Shown here piece by piece: positions 31,863-40,518 of a DNA stretch of 41,427 bases. Position 1 is the stretch's first letter, and each line of letters starts with the position of its first letter. The DNA comes from a virus. The DNA is taken from the IMG/VR virus record IMGVR_UViG_3300037313_000496, positions 1-41,427 of that record. One strand, given 5' to 3'. The notes beneath the pieces were generated by a model. That model did no database searches. It was given only the letters and a program-made list of their open reading frames with translations, and was not told the DNA's origin. A program made the position numbers and the translations under genes.

Positions 31863-31887
31863 TCATGAAGCGGATTGTTTGTTTCGA

Positions 31888-33147
31888 TTATTGCGGTTGA
31901 GGGACCGCGCCAGAGAGCAACATGCGCGCCGTTGCGCGAGTCATCTCACCCGGAACGTAAGGCGCAGGCAGCGCGGACTGAGCGAGTGGGGAGTTCGCGC
32001 GCACCATTTCATCAAGCAACTGCGCCTGACGGCGCACAGACATATCGCTGATTTTCTTCAGGCCGTATCCGACTGCGGGAAGCGCGGCGCCAAATCCGCC
32101 CCAAGGAGCGGTTGCGGCCCCGCCTATGCCCGCCGTGATGACTGCACCAAGGCCCCCGCCCCCGCCGAGAAGATTGCCGGCGAAGCGAGTTGCGTTCCCC
32201 GTCAGCGTCCCGTCTCGAACGCGCTCCATTTGCGCGATTTCGTCGGGCTTGAAGCCTGAACTGGCTCGATCACTTTTAAGGATGCTGTTGAATCGCTGCC
32301 GAATGGCATTGCCGATGTTTTGTCCCGAATTGGCGGCAGCGGCGTTGCCGTCTGCTGTTTCGAGAGCATCTGTGACTGTCGATGAGCGGCGAGCAGCCGC
32401 ATAGTTTCCTCGGGCGTCGGAGAGGATTCGTGCTGCGGCCTGTGCATCGCCTTGGATGAGGTCTTGGGCCGGAAGCTCTGCCAGATAATTGTCCAGATGC
32501 TTGATGGCTTGAGACGCGGCCTTTTGTTCAGTCGGATTGGTGAAGTCGCGAGCGGCGTTGCCGAGGGTGCGACGGAGCGTGTCGAAATTGGAGGCCGTTG
32601 CGTAAGAGCCTTCGGGCGGGTCACCGAGCTTGCGGAGGACCGAGAAGGTTTTTGGAGCCAATTCGGCATTGATGCCCTTTTGCTCAAGATCGCCGGAGAC
32701 AATCGCGCCAAAGTTTTTGACGGCCTCGGGCTTGATCTGAAGCTCTGCGACCGCTGGCGCAGTATAGCCGGAGCGGGCAGCAGATTCCAGTTGCTCCAGC
32801 GTCGGGGCAGCGCCCGCCTTTGTGGCTGCAATGGTTGCGCCAACGCGCGGCACGGTCGGCCCAAGCCCTGACAATTCAAGCACACGGCCAATGTTAGCCG
32901 TGTTTTCCTCGCCCATATTGGCCGATTGCGGGACGGCGGCCTTCCCCTGATACACGTCACCCGGAAGCGTTGCCGCGCTGAATAGGCCTTTTGCGACCTG
33001 AGCCGGCCAAGTATCGCCCAGGGTAAACGGCTTCTTTTTCGGGGCGGCCCCTTCCAGCACAAAGCCGGCTGGCAATTCCGGACCGCCGGAAGGCTGATCC
33101 GCTAGAATGAAGCCGGGCGGTAGTTCGCTCATTGCACCGGCACCCAT
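31888..33147 (-). CDS. Internal virion/ejection-like protein (419 aa)
   Basis: Position between other internal proteins and the fibres. A/G-rich, with a Gly-rich hydrophobic C-terminal segment. Confidence 0.45.
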   Translation of the reverse strand: MGAGAMSELPPGFILADQPSGGPELPAGFVLEGAAPKKKPFTLGDTWPAQVAKGLFSAATLPGDVYQGKAAVPQSANMGEENTANIGRVLELSGLGPTVPRVGATIAATKAGAAPTLEQLESAARSGYTAPAVAELQIKPEAVKNFGAIVSGDLEQKGINAELAPKTFSVLRKLGDPPEGSYATASNFDTLRRTLGNAARDFTNPTEQKAASQAIKHLDNYLAELPAQDLIQGDAQAAARILSDARGNYAAARRSSTVTDALETADGNAAAANSGQNIGNAIRQRFNSILKSDRASSGFKPDEIAQMERVRDGTLTGNATRFAGNLLGGGGGLGAVITAGIGGAATAPWGGFGAALPAVGYGLKKISDMSVRRQAQLLDEMVRANSPLAQSALPAPYVPGEMTRATARMLLSGAVPQPQ

Positions 33148-34820
33148 TGGCCGCCCTTGAGGATGATTTTTTCGTTAGTCTTCGGATTTACCGCGATTGC
33201 GCCCTCGGCGGGGGCTGACTGCGCCGGAGCCTGCGGTGCAGATGGGCGGGATAATGTGGGTGAAGCCGGAGTTGCCTTCACATAATCGTCGTAGCTGATC
33301 GGCTCATCGTATTGAAGGAACGGCGCGACCGTCTTTAGTTCAGGCTGCGCTTTCAACATGCGCTCGCCCATGCGATTGGCGCGGCCAACCGCCTCGCGCG
33401 CCCAGCGCTCTTGCATATCCAGCAAGCGACGGATCGAAGCTTCCTCAAGCTTGATTTGCCCGCCGACAACCTTCTCGATGTAATCGCGGTCGGCGTTGGA
33501 CGGGTTCGCGCCGAGGGTCTTTGCCTTCTCAAGAACACTCGTGCCAAGCGATGCCCGCAAGGTTTCAGTATTGGCGGCTTTGTCGGACGGAATGCCGAAC
33601 AAGCTACCGACCTTCGCCCCGAACAGGCTTGCATCGCCAGCAATGCCGGTGAATGCCCCACCATCGAGCGCCCGGCGCGCCTCATGAATCGACTTAACCT
33701 GCGTTTGCGCGCTGTCTGCCGCGTCCTGTGCCGCATTGAACCGATCGCCAATGCCCTTGAGCACCGGATTGATCGTGTTGTTGATAACGGTTTCGGGCTT
33801 ACCGGCTTTAGCCAAGCGCTCCTTCTGCGCAACAGCCTCTTCCGGCAGCACGTCGCTTTTCTCGATGGCCTCCATCTTGCCGGTCGTGAGATTGCGCTGA
33901 TAGATCGAGCCGTTGTTATTGCGCTCCTGCACCCATTGCTCGGTAGGCTTCGCGTACTGCATATAGAGTTGCATCGCCGCCGCGCTGGTGCGCGGATCGG
34001 CACCGAGGCGCTTAATGGTGGCTGCAACGTCTGGCGGAATCTGCACCGAGGCTCGATTTGTAGCGGGCGGCGCCATGGCCGCAGGAGACTGCGCTGGAGT
34101 ATTCGCCTGCGCCACCTGGATCGGGCGCCCGTTCTCAACTTTGCCCATCGACATGATGAGCGCCTGCTTGACTGTCGGATTGCTCATATCGAGCGGCTGG
34201 GCCGGGTCTACGCCCAAGTCCTTCGCCACGGACGCCGCATAAGCGGAGACATTGTTTCCATCACCAGCAGGCGCCCAACGTCCGACGATGCCCTGCACGG
34301 TATTGAGGCCGTACTTATTGCTATAGGTATCGAGAAGCTTGGACGCGGCCCCAATTCCATCATCAGCGCTGGCGAACTTGGCAAAGCGGCCGTCCGAACC
34401 AGCAAAGCCGGGCTGAGATTGAGTGAAGCGCCCCGCCTCGATGTTGAGCGGGTTATTGTTGCGCAGACCGCGCGGCAGGTTCATGTCCGCGCCATTCACC
34501 GCGACATTACCCATCGGCTGCGCAACGGACACTGGCGAAGGCGCGGCACTATCGGTCGAAGGCGCTGGCGCAGACGCAGACGCAGGGGATGCCGGAGTTG
34601 GAAGTCCAGGCAGCGAATTGAACATAGCGGCACGTGCCGCCTTGTCATCTTCCGCCGACTGGTTGGCAATGTAACCCCCCATCGCCCCCTGAAGCGCACG
34701 CGCAACGGCCTGCAATGGATGCTTGACCGGCGAGGCATCGCCAGCACCTTGCATTTGCAGCAAGGCCCAGCGTTTGCGCAGGTCAAGGTCTGGTGATGTG
34801 CCGAGAATGTCAGCGGCCAT
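33129..34820 (-). CDS. Internal virion protein (563 aa) with RNNNPLNI-type domain
   Basis: LPRGLRNNNPLNIEAG...GRFAKFASADDGIGAASKLL..Y....GLNTVQGIV.RWAP. Motif recalled from phage structural proteins; function unverified. Confidence 0.45.
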   Translation of the reverse strand: MAADILGTSPDLDLRKRWALLQMQGAGDASPVKHPLQAVARALQGAMGGYIANQSAEDDKAARAAMFNSLPGLPTPASPASASAPAPSTDSAAPSPVSVAQPMGNVAVNGADMNLPRGLRNNNPLNIEAGRFTQSQPGFAGSDGRFAKFASADDGIGAASKLLDTYSNKYGLNTVQGIVGRWAPAGDGNNVSAYAASVAKDLGVDPAQPLDMSNPTVKQALIMSMGKVENGRPIQVAQANTPAQSPAAMAPPATNRASVQIPPDVAATIKRLGADPRTSAAAMQLYMQYAKPTEQWVQERNNNGSIYQRNLTTGKMEAIEKSDVLPEEAVAQKERLAKAGKPETVINNTINPVLKGIGDRFNAAQDAADSAQTQVKSIHEARRALDGGAFTGIAGDASLFGAKVGSLFGIPSDKAANTETLRASLGTSVLEKAKTLGANPSNADRDYIEKVVGGQIKLEEASIRRLLDMQERWAREAVGRANRMGERMLKAQPELKTVAPFLQYDEPISYDDYVKATPASPTLSRPSAPQAPAQSAPAEGAIAVNPKTNEKIILKGGQWVPVQ

Positions 34821-35627
34821 TTACTTGCCCCCGAATCCCTTGAAGCCGCCCATGCCCCAGCCGCCTAGGGCTGTGCCAGCCATCGAGCCAAGCGCGCCGT
34901 AAAGGGCGCCCTGCTTTTGCTGGTCGGCGGTATAGGCGGCCATCTGGCCCTGATAGTTGTTGTTAACGAGGCCCGTGTAATCGATGGGGGCGACGGTTGG
35001 CTGTGGGGTGTTGGTGAAGTTCGGCTGCTGCACCTGGCTATTGCTCATCAACGCCGAGATTTCATTCAAGGGCTGGTTGCGCTGGGCGGTTGCTTCCGTG
35101 GCCGCCTGCCCGCGAGAAGCCAGCAAAGCAGAGTTATAAGCATTGTCGCGCTGCATCCCGTAATCACGCATCGCGTTGGTATAGGCCTCGGAGCCGACAT
35201 TGATGCCCTGGTTCGCGAGCTTGGATTCCATCTGCGCATCGCGCGCCTGCCAGACCGGATCAAGCAACTTGCGCTGAATGTCCGATTGCTGGTTATTGAT
35301 GGATGAGTTGAGGTCGAAGGGCGTATTGAGGAGGTTGCGAACCTTATCCGACTGCTCGACGCCGATCTTGGCGAGATTCGTCTGCGATTGCGTGCCGAGG
35401 TTGTAGAGTTGCTGCTGTTCCGGTGAGAGGGTCTGTGTCGCCGTGTAGTGCGGCGTACCGTCCGACCACGGCGTGCCCTGCGTATAGCTCAGTTTCCCAT
35501 AGGGGGTGACCTGATCGGCCGCGCCGAGGCCGTATTGCGCGATCGCCGTTTCCTTGTTCATGGCGCCTTGCGCCTGAGCGGTCGCTACGGGATCGGGTGC
35601 GGGAGGAGGAGACGATGAGCCGCCCAT
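34821..35627 (-). CDS. Internal virion protein (268 aa), Q/N/G-rich
   Basis: Position and composition. The C-terminal GGWGMGGFKGFGGK tail is typical of ejection-type proteins. Confidence 0.45.
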   Translation of the reverse strand: MGGSSSPPPAPDPVATAQAQGAMNKETAIAQYGLGAADQVTPYGKLSYTQGTPWSDGTPHYTATQTLSPEQQQLYNLGTQSQTNLAKIGVEQSDKVRNLLNTPFDLNSSINNQQSDIQRKLLDPVWQARDAQMESKLANQGINVGSEAYTNAMRDYGMQRDNAYNSALLASRGQAATEATAQRNQPLNEISALMSNSQVQQPNFTNTPQPTVAPIDYTGLVNNNYQGQMAAYTADQQKQGALYGALGSMAGTALGGWGMGGFKGFGGK

Positions 35628-36041
35628 TTATGTCATCCACTTTCTTGCTTGTTCGGGAAAGAGCACAAAGCGCAGCCCATCATCGGCCTTGGACGGGCCG
35701 AAGAACCGCTTGCTTGTGCCTTCAAACTGGAAACCAAATCGCGGCAATAGCCGCTGCATTGTCTTGTTCGAGCGCCGCGTGATGGCTGTCAGCCGTTGCG
35801 CGCCGGTCTGCTCGAATGCGTAGTGATACACAGCACGAATGGCGCCGCGCCGGAGAGCGCCTGGGCCATAAAGCGAAATGTCCAGGTTCGATCCGTTCCA
35901 CTGGTTGAACACGGCGCCGATGCACAGCGTCTCACCGTCAACCGTCCCGCCGATCGCCGTATAAGGCGGGACCATGATCTGCTGGAGGTTCGCGCCGACA
36001 TAGGATGCAACGAGGTCATCAGCACCGAACACCAGCCTCAA
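35628..36041 (-). CDS. GNAT-family N-acetyltransferase-like protein inside the virion module
   Basis: GALRRGAIRAVYHYAFEQTGAQRLTAITRRSNKTMQRLLPRFGFQFEG fits the GNAT motif A/B layout. 137 aa. Confidence 0.5.
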   Translation of the reverse strand: MRLVFGADDLVASYVGANLQQIMVPPYTAIGGTVDGETLCIGAVFNQWNGSNLDISLYGPGALRRGAIRAVYHYAFEQTGAQRLTAITRRSNKTMQRLLPRFGFQFEGTSKRFFGPSKADDGLRFVLFPEQARKWMT

Positions 36042-37672
36042 AGGAACTCGCCCCCTTCAAGGATCAGGTTGAAGGCGTTTATCCGCATCACAACGTCGTT
36101 GTTGTCTATATCGAGACCCCAGATGCCGGAGTCCCATTGCGACAAGTCCCAGATGCCATACACATTGCTGCGGGACGTTTGCGCGCGGAAATGAACTGAT
36201 GCCGCCTGCCCGATGCCGTTAACAAAGGTCCAATCCGCAACGGTCTGTGCCTCAGTCGGATATGTCGAGAAATCCCAGATGGCGTTATCGTAGGTCGCTG
36301 CCGGGTTAACCGCCGCCGTTGGCGTGCCGAGCGAAGCGTTGGCCTTAAAGTCTGTCGAGATGCCGACCGCAGGGCGAGAGTCCGAACCCGTCGTGACCAG
36401 CGGTTGAATCATCTTCCACTGTTTGAGCCGGCCCTTCTCGCGGAAATATTGGTACGAGGTCTGCCCGACCGCATCGATGGCTTGATCGTCGTCGGCTGCG
36501 CCAACATCAGCTTGGTGCAGCGTGCCGTCATTGCTGCCGAAATAAAGATTGTCGTTGAACACTTCGAAGCAGTTGGCGTTCCAGCCCTTGAAACGGCACC
36601 ACGCGCCAGTCAGCGTGTTCATCACGTACTGATGGGACTCACTGCCTTCCGCAATCGGCACGTTGAGAATTGCCATCGTGCGCTTGGCATAAGGGATAAG
36701 CTGCCAGCCGAAATTATCCTGATACTGGCTCGCCGCCGCGTTCATCGCGTTGTTGATGTTCGCGGTGATGGCGATGCCCGCTGCCGCGCCGCGATCCGTC
36801 GTCAGCGCCTTAGACAGCGGCAGCACACCATCAATATTGACCAGCGCTACGTCGCCCGCGACTTTGGTAAAGCAGCGGCGGCCCAGCGGAGCGCCAAGGT
36901 CGTACACGCCGACAAGCGCCCAATCATCGGTCGATGAAGGATCAGTGCCACGATAGACCGCCACTTGCCCGCGCGAGGTGATGAAGACAGCGTGGTCATC
37001 CGACCCGTTGCCGCCATCATGCGTCCATGTGGTCATCGCGACCAGATAGCCGCCTTTATTGCAGACAGCGCCGAGCGGGAATTTCGCAGCGGTGCCGGAT
37101 ATTGAATTGACTGGCAGATAGGCCGCGTCCATCGAGTCGCGGACCACAAACCAGAGACGGTTCTGATGCGCGTTGACGTGGATAAAGTCTTCAGGGGTAA
37201 TCCCCGACCCCGTAATGGTCGGTTCTGACCATGCGGAGCCGTTGTAATTCTGCGGCGGGTCTTCCCCGTTGACGCAAACAAGGTAATGACCGCCCGAGGT
37301 GGTAAAGTTGGTGTATTGCCAGCGAGCATTAGATAGGCCGGTGACAACCTCAATTGCAGTGCCGATCAGTGAACAATCGTAAATGCTGCTATCCGCAGCG
37401 GAGAACATTTTGGAATTGCCGACAAGCCCGGCATTGTAGACCATCAGGCTTTCAATCGGCCCATCGCTATTGCCGATCGAATAGGGCCGCGAGCCGCGCC
37501 GCACTTCGATATAGCCCGGCTGCGGAAACCAGTTATCCAGCACCAAGGCGCGATCAGGCTTCATCGCCGCTATGGGAGAGACTGCATCCCAGCCGCCAAC
37601 GGGCGCGGGAATCGACTCGCCGGTAGACACCCGCCCTTGCGGTGCGGCTTTAGGGCGAAGTGGCCTGCGCAT
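36038..37672 (-). CDS. Tail tubular (nozzle) protein B-like
   Basis: 544 aa following a ~230-aa adaptor-like gene. N-terminus GGWDAVSPIAAMKPDRALVLDNWFPQPGYIEVRRG recalled from podovirus tail proteins. Confidence 0.5.
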   Translation of the reverse strand: MRRPLRPKAAPQGRVSTGESIPAPVGGWDAVSPIAAMKPDRALVLDNWFPQPGYIEVRRGSRPYSIGNSDGPIESLMVYNAGLVGNSKMFSAADSSIYDCSLIGTAIEVVTGLSNARWQYTNFTTSGGHYLVCVNGEDPPQNYNGSAWSEPTITGSGITPEDFIHVNAHQNRLWFVVRDSMDAAYLPVNSISGTAAKFPLGAVCNKGGYLVAMTTWTHDGGNGSDDHAVFITSRGQVAVYRGTDPSSTDDWALVGVYDLGAPLGRRCFTKVAGDVALVNIDGVLPLSKALTTDRGAAAGIAITANINNAMNAAASQYQDNFGWQLIPYAKRTMAILNVPIAEGSESHQYVMNTLTGAWCRFKGWNANCFEVFNDNLYFGSNDGTLHQADVGAADDDQAIDAVGQTSYQYFREKGRLKQWKMIQPLVTTGSDSRPAVGISTDFKANASLGTPTAAVNPAATYDNAIWDFSTYPTEAQTVADWTFVNGIGQAASVHFRAQTSRSNVYGIWDLSQWDSGIWGLDIDNNDVVMRINAFNLILEGGEFL

Positions 37673-38373
37673 TAGATCGTCCAGGAGCCATCAGGAATGG
37701 CCGGGACTTCGTTGCCCATGTCGCCACCCATATCCACAACGCGATTGCCGCCGTCCGGCCCGAACACCGCAACAAGCGCGCCTTCATAGGTTCGCATTTC
37801 CTCCGAGTAGTCGAAGCCCTTGGCCTTGAGAAAGCGCCACTTGACGCCGAGCGTCACAATGTCTTCATCGATCAGGCATGTGTCGTCGTCGGCAGTGAAG
37901 GTTTCCTTGGCCGTTCCAGCCGATGACTGCACCCAATATTTGCTGATGTATTCGAAATAGATAGAGTCACCGGCATTCGGCGTGGGATAGAACAAGATCG
38001 CATCGCCCCGAATGCGGAATGAATTGCGCACGCCGACTTGCGCCCCAAGCGAACGCTTGCGCTGCCAATCCGTAGGCGACAACGGGCCATCCACAGGCCA
38101 ATGCTGCGTGCGGTTGTTCATTGAGCCGTCAACCAGCCGCTTGAAGTCAGCCGCCACAGTGCTCAGCGTGGTTTGCGTTTCGGTCGCAACGGTCGTGAAC
38201 GTCGCCTCTTTGGTCAGGGCCTGCCAATCAAAGCGCCGGATCAGGTCTTGCCCCTCACGCTTCGCGAGCGAGAGAAGCTGAATGGTCAACTGATCCGAAG
38301 ACGTGATGACGGTGCTCGGGCGAACAAGGTTGAGATCGGTCGCTGCATCCCGGATGATCGTCAACAGCGACAT
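37672..38373 (-). CDS. Tail tubular protein A / adaptor-like
   Basis: 233 aa. TAATG coupling to the downstream tail gene. Called from position only. Confidence 0.45.
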   Translation of the reverse strand: MSLLTIIRDAATDLNLVRPSTVITSSDQLTIQLLSLAKREGQDLIRRFDWQALTKEATFTTVATETQTTLSTVAADFKRLVDGSMNNRTQHWPVDGPLSPTDWQRKRSLGAQVGVRNSFRIRGDAILFYPTPNAGDSIYFEYISKYWVQSSAGTAKETFTADDDTCLIDEDIVTLGVKWRFLKAKGFDYSEEMRTYEGALVAVFGPDGGNRVVDMGGDMGNEVPAIPDGSWTI

Positions 38374-38379
38374 ATCGGC

Positions 38380-38949
38380 TTAGTCCTTCTTCGGGCGTCC
38401 GGGCTTCTTCGGTGCGAGAGCCAGCACCAGCGCCGCCACGTTCTGGCTCAGGTCGGCAATCTGCGTCTTGACTTCCGCCAGATCGGTTTCGCTGGCGTAT
38501 TTCTCGGCTGGGCGCGATCCAATGGAAGCGCTGGCCTGCGAGACCATCTCGCGGGCCTTCTCGTCCTGCTGCATTTTCTTGAGCGCCAGATACTCGTGCG
38601 CCGCCTTGCGCAGCGTCAGAGTGCCGTGACCGAGCGCCTGACATTGCGCATCGTTCAAAACGGCCAACTCTTCCATGTTGTGAACATTGCGCGCGGTATA
38701 GTGCGCTGCGCGTTGCTCATCCACGCCGCTTAATTCCGTGAGCGGCGTTCCCTTGCGGGGCTGCATCGGCGTGCCGTCGCAGTAGGAATCCCATTCGGGC
38801 CGGAACCGGGCCATATGCTCCGGCGTTACCTTCTTGATGATCGTGTCCTTGGCCCCGACGAACGAGATTTCAACGAAATCCCGATCATCCTGGCGAAAGA
38901 AACGCGCGTTTTGCGCCATCGGTTGCACTTCAGGCAAATCGATATTCAA
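38380..38949 (-). CDS. Hypothetical virion-module protein (189 aa)
   Basis: AGAGGTG RBS. First gene after the capsid-module terminator. Confidence 0.5.
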   Translation of the reverse strand: MNIDLPEVQPMAQNARFFRQDDRDFVEISFVGAKDTIIKKVTPEHMARFRPEWDSYCDGTPMQPRKGTPLTELSGVDEQRAAHYTARNVHNMEELAVLNDAQCQALGHGTLTLRKAAHEYLALKKMQQDEKAREMVSQASASIGSRPAEKYASETDLAEVKTQIADLSQNVAALVLALAPKKPGRPKKD

Positions 38950-38964
38950 ACAGCACCTCTATGT

Positions 38965-38995
38965 AAGAGAAAAGCGGGGAGCCGAAGCCCCCCGC
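38965..38995 (-). terminator. Strong intrinsic terminator after the capsid/decoration genes
   Basis: Minus strand reads GCGGGGGGC-TTCG-GCTCCCCGC (9-bp stem, UUCG loop) followed by TTTTCTCTT. Confidence 0.75.
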
Positions 38996-39006
38996 CCCTA
39001 TTTCGC

Positions 39007-39519
39007 TTAGTCGTCCGCGCCGTCAGTGACACGCGGGTAGAACAGTTCGACTTCCGCAAGGCCAGTGGCCGGCGTGTCGAGAGCCGACGCGCCTTTCATG
39101 CCCACGATGAAGTCGCCCGCCACGTCAGCGTCATCGATGCTGCCGGCGGTCGAGGTCAGATAGCAATCGCCATTGTCCGCGAACGAGGCCAGAGCCTTCG
39201 CCGCGCCCTTGCCGAACACCTGATACCAGCCGTACTGGTTGGCGATGTTCGCTGACATGGCCACGCCGATCTCGCCCTTGTCGTTGGCGGTCGCTAGCGT
39301 GGTCGTCCAGCCGTCCTGATCGAACAGGACAACCGAGCCAACCACGGTTGAGCCAACGCCCTTGGCATAGACGAATTCGCCTTCGCCATACGCGGTCGCG
39401 CCGGTATCCTTGGCACGAACGCGCTTGCCGAGTTCATGGTTCTGCGTGGTGGAGGTGTCAGCGATGCGCTGAATCGCGATCTCGGGAGTCGAGACGCGGT
39501 AGCTACGAGTATCAGCCAT
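39007..39519 (-). CDS. Putative capsid decoration/auxiliary head protein (170 aa)
   Basis: Directly downstream of the capsid gene and upstream of the terminator. Beta-rich composition. Called from position only. Confidence 0.35.
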   Translation of the reverse strand: MADTRSYRVSTPEIAIQRIADTSTTQNHELGKRVRAKDTGATAYGEGEFVYAKGVGSTVVGSVVLFDQDGWTTTLATANDKGEIGVAMSANIANQYGWYQVFGKGAAKALASFADNGDCYLTSTAGSIDDADVAGDFIVGMKGASALDTPATGLAEVELFYPRVTDGADD

Positions 39520-39532
39520 TGTTCATTCCCCC

Positions 39533-40489
39533 TTAGGCGCAGACCACGGCCTGACGGGCGCGGTTGGATATCGTCATGTTGCCCGCCCAAACAACGGGCA
39601 TCACCATGGCGTCCTGGTTGACCGAAGACTTCTCGCCCAGCGGCTTGAACTCGCGGCCCTTGGCGGGACGCAAGAACAGGTAATCCGTGTTCAGGAAGTA
39701 CATGTGCGAAGCGGGGCACTGGTCGTCATAAACAACCGGAACGTTGCCCTGATAGACAAGGTTGGTGAAGCCAACGCCCGCGCCCTTGTCGTCCATGAAG
39801 CGCTGGTTCGGCGTCAGGGACTCAAGGTAGTAGAGGTAGTAGACCGAATCCGCCGGGATAATGTCCGGCTTATCCGAGCCACGGATCGTGTTGATCCACG
39901 CCAGGTTCATCGCGTGCTGGATCGTGGTGGCCGACGCCGTGACCGCGTTGGTCGAGAAGTCATAGACATAGTTGCGCCACCACGAATAGGTGGAGCCGCT
40001 GATGCCGCCGACCGAGTTGGTGTTCACGTCCGCCACAAGCAGCTGAAGGCCGCCGATTTCCTTGGACGAAGAACCCGTGCCATCGGCGTAAAGGCCGGTC
40101 GCAACGGTGTTGGTCAGCGACTTCTCAAGGTTGCGCACGCGCGACTTGAGCAGGTTGTGGATCGCTTCTTTGCCGGAGTTCTGAATCTGCTCAAGGCCCG
40201 TGATGACCACGTTGCCGGCGAGCTGCTTATAGTTGAACTCCGCAGCGGTGAAGGTCTCGGACGGCGAAATGTCCAGAGTCTCGGCGCCGCTGTAGTACAT
40301 GACCGTCGAGTTCTGAGCGTATTCCAGCTCCTGAACGATCGTGCGGCCGGTCGCAACCTGCTTGTTGCCCTTCTTGTTGATCTGACGCAGAAGAGCGTTA
40401 TGGTTCGTGACGTTATCCGCCAGCTCGCCGGAATAGCCCTGCAAGGTGGTGGTTACGATGTCCGTGAAGGACGAGTTAGGCGAAGCCAT
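39533..40489 (-). CDS. Major capsid protein
   Basis: 318 aa. AGGAG RBS. Follows the scaffold gene, with a terminator downstream of the module. Confidence 0.7.
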   Translation of the reverse strand: MASPNSSFTDIVTTTLQGYSGELADNVTNHNALLRQINKKGNKQVATGRTIVQELEYAQNSTVMYYSGAETLDISPSETFTAAEFNYKQLAGNVVITGLEQIQNSGKEAIHNLLKSRVRNLEKSLTNTVATGLYADGTGSSSKEIGGLQLLVADVNTNSVGGISGSTYSWWRNYVYDFSTNAVTASATTIQHAMNLAWINTIRGSDKPDIIPADSVYYLYYLESLTPNQRFMDDKGAGVGFTNLVYQGNVPVVYDDQCPASHMYFLNTDYLFLRPAKGREFKPLGEKSSVNQDAMVMPVVWAGNMTISNRARQAVVCA

Positions 40490-40518
40490 CTCGGCTTGCT
40501 CCTATGATGGAGCACCCG

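Noticed and set aside
33411-34796. 461-aa plus-strand ORF, plus minus-strand alternate-frame ORFs (33353-34138, 32202-33062), over the internal virion genes
   Set aside because: R/L/H- or R/S/P-rich junk-like composition. They overlap coding frames that have coupled starts and stops.
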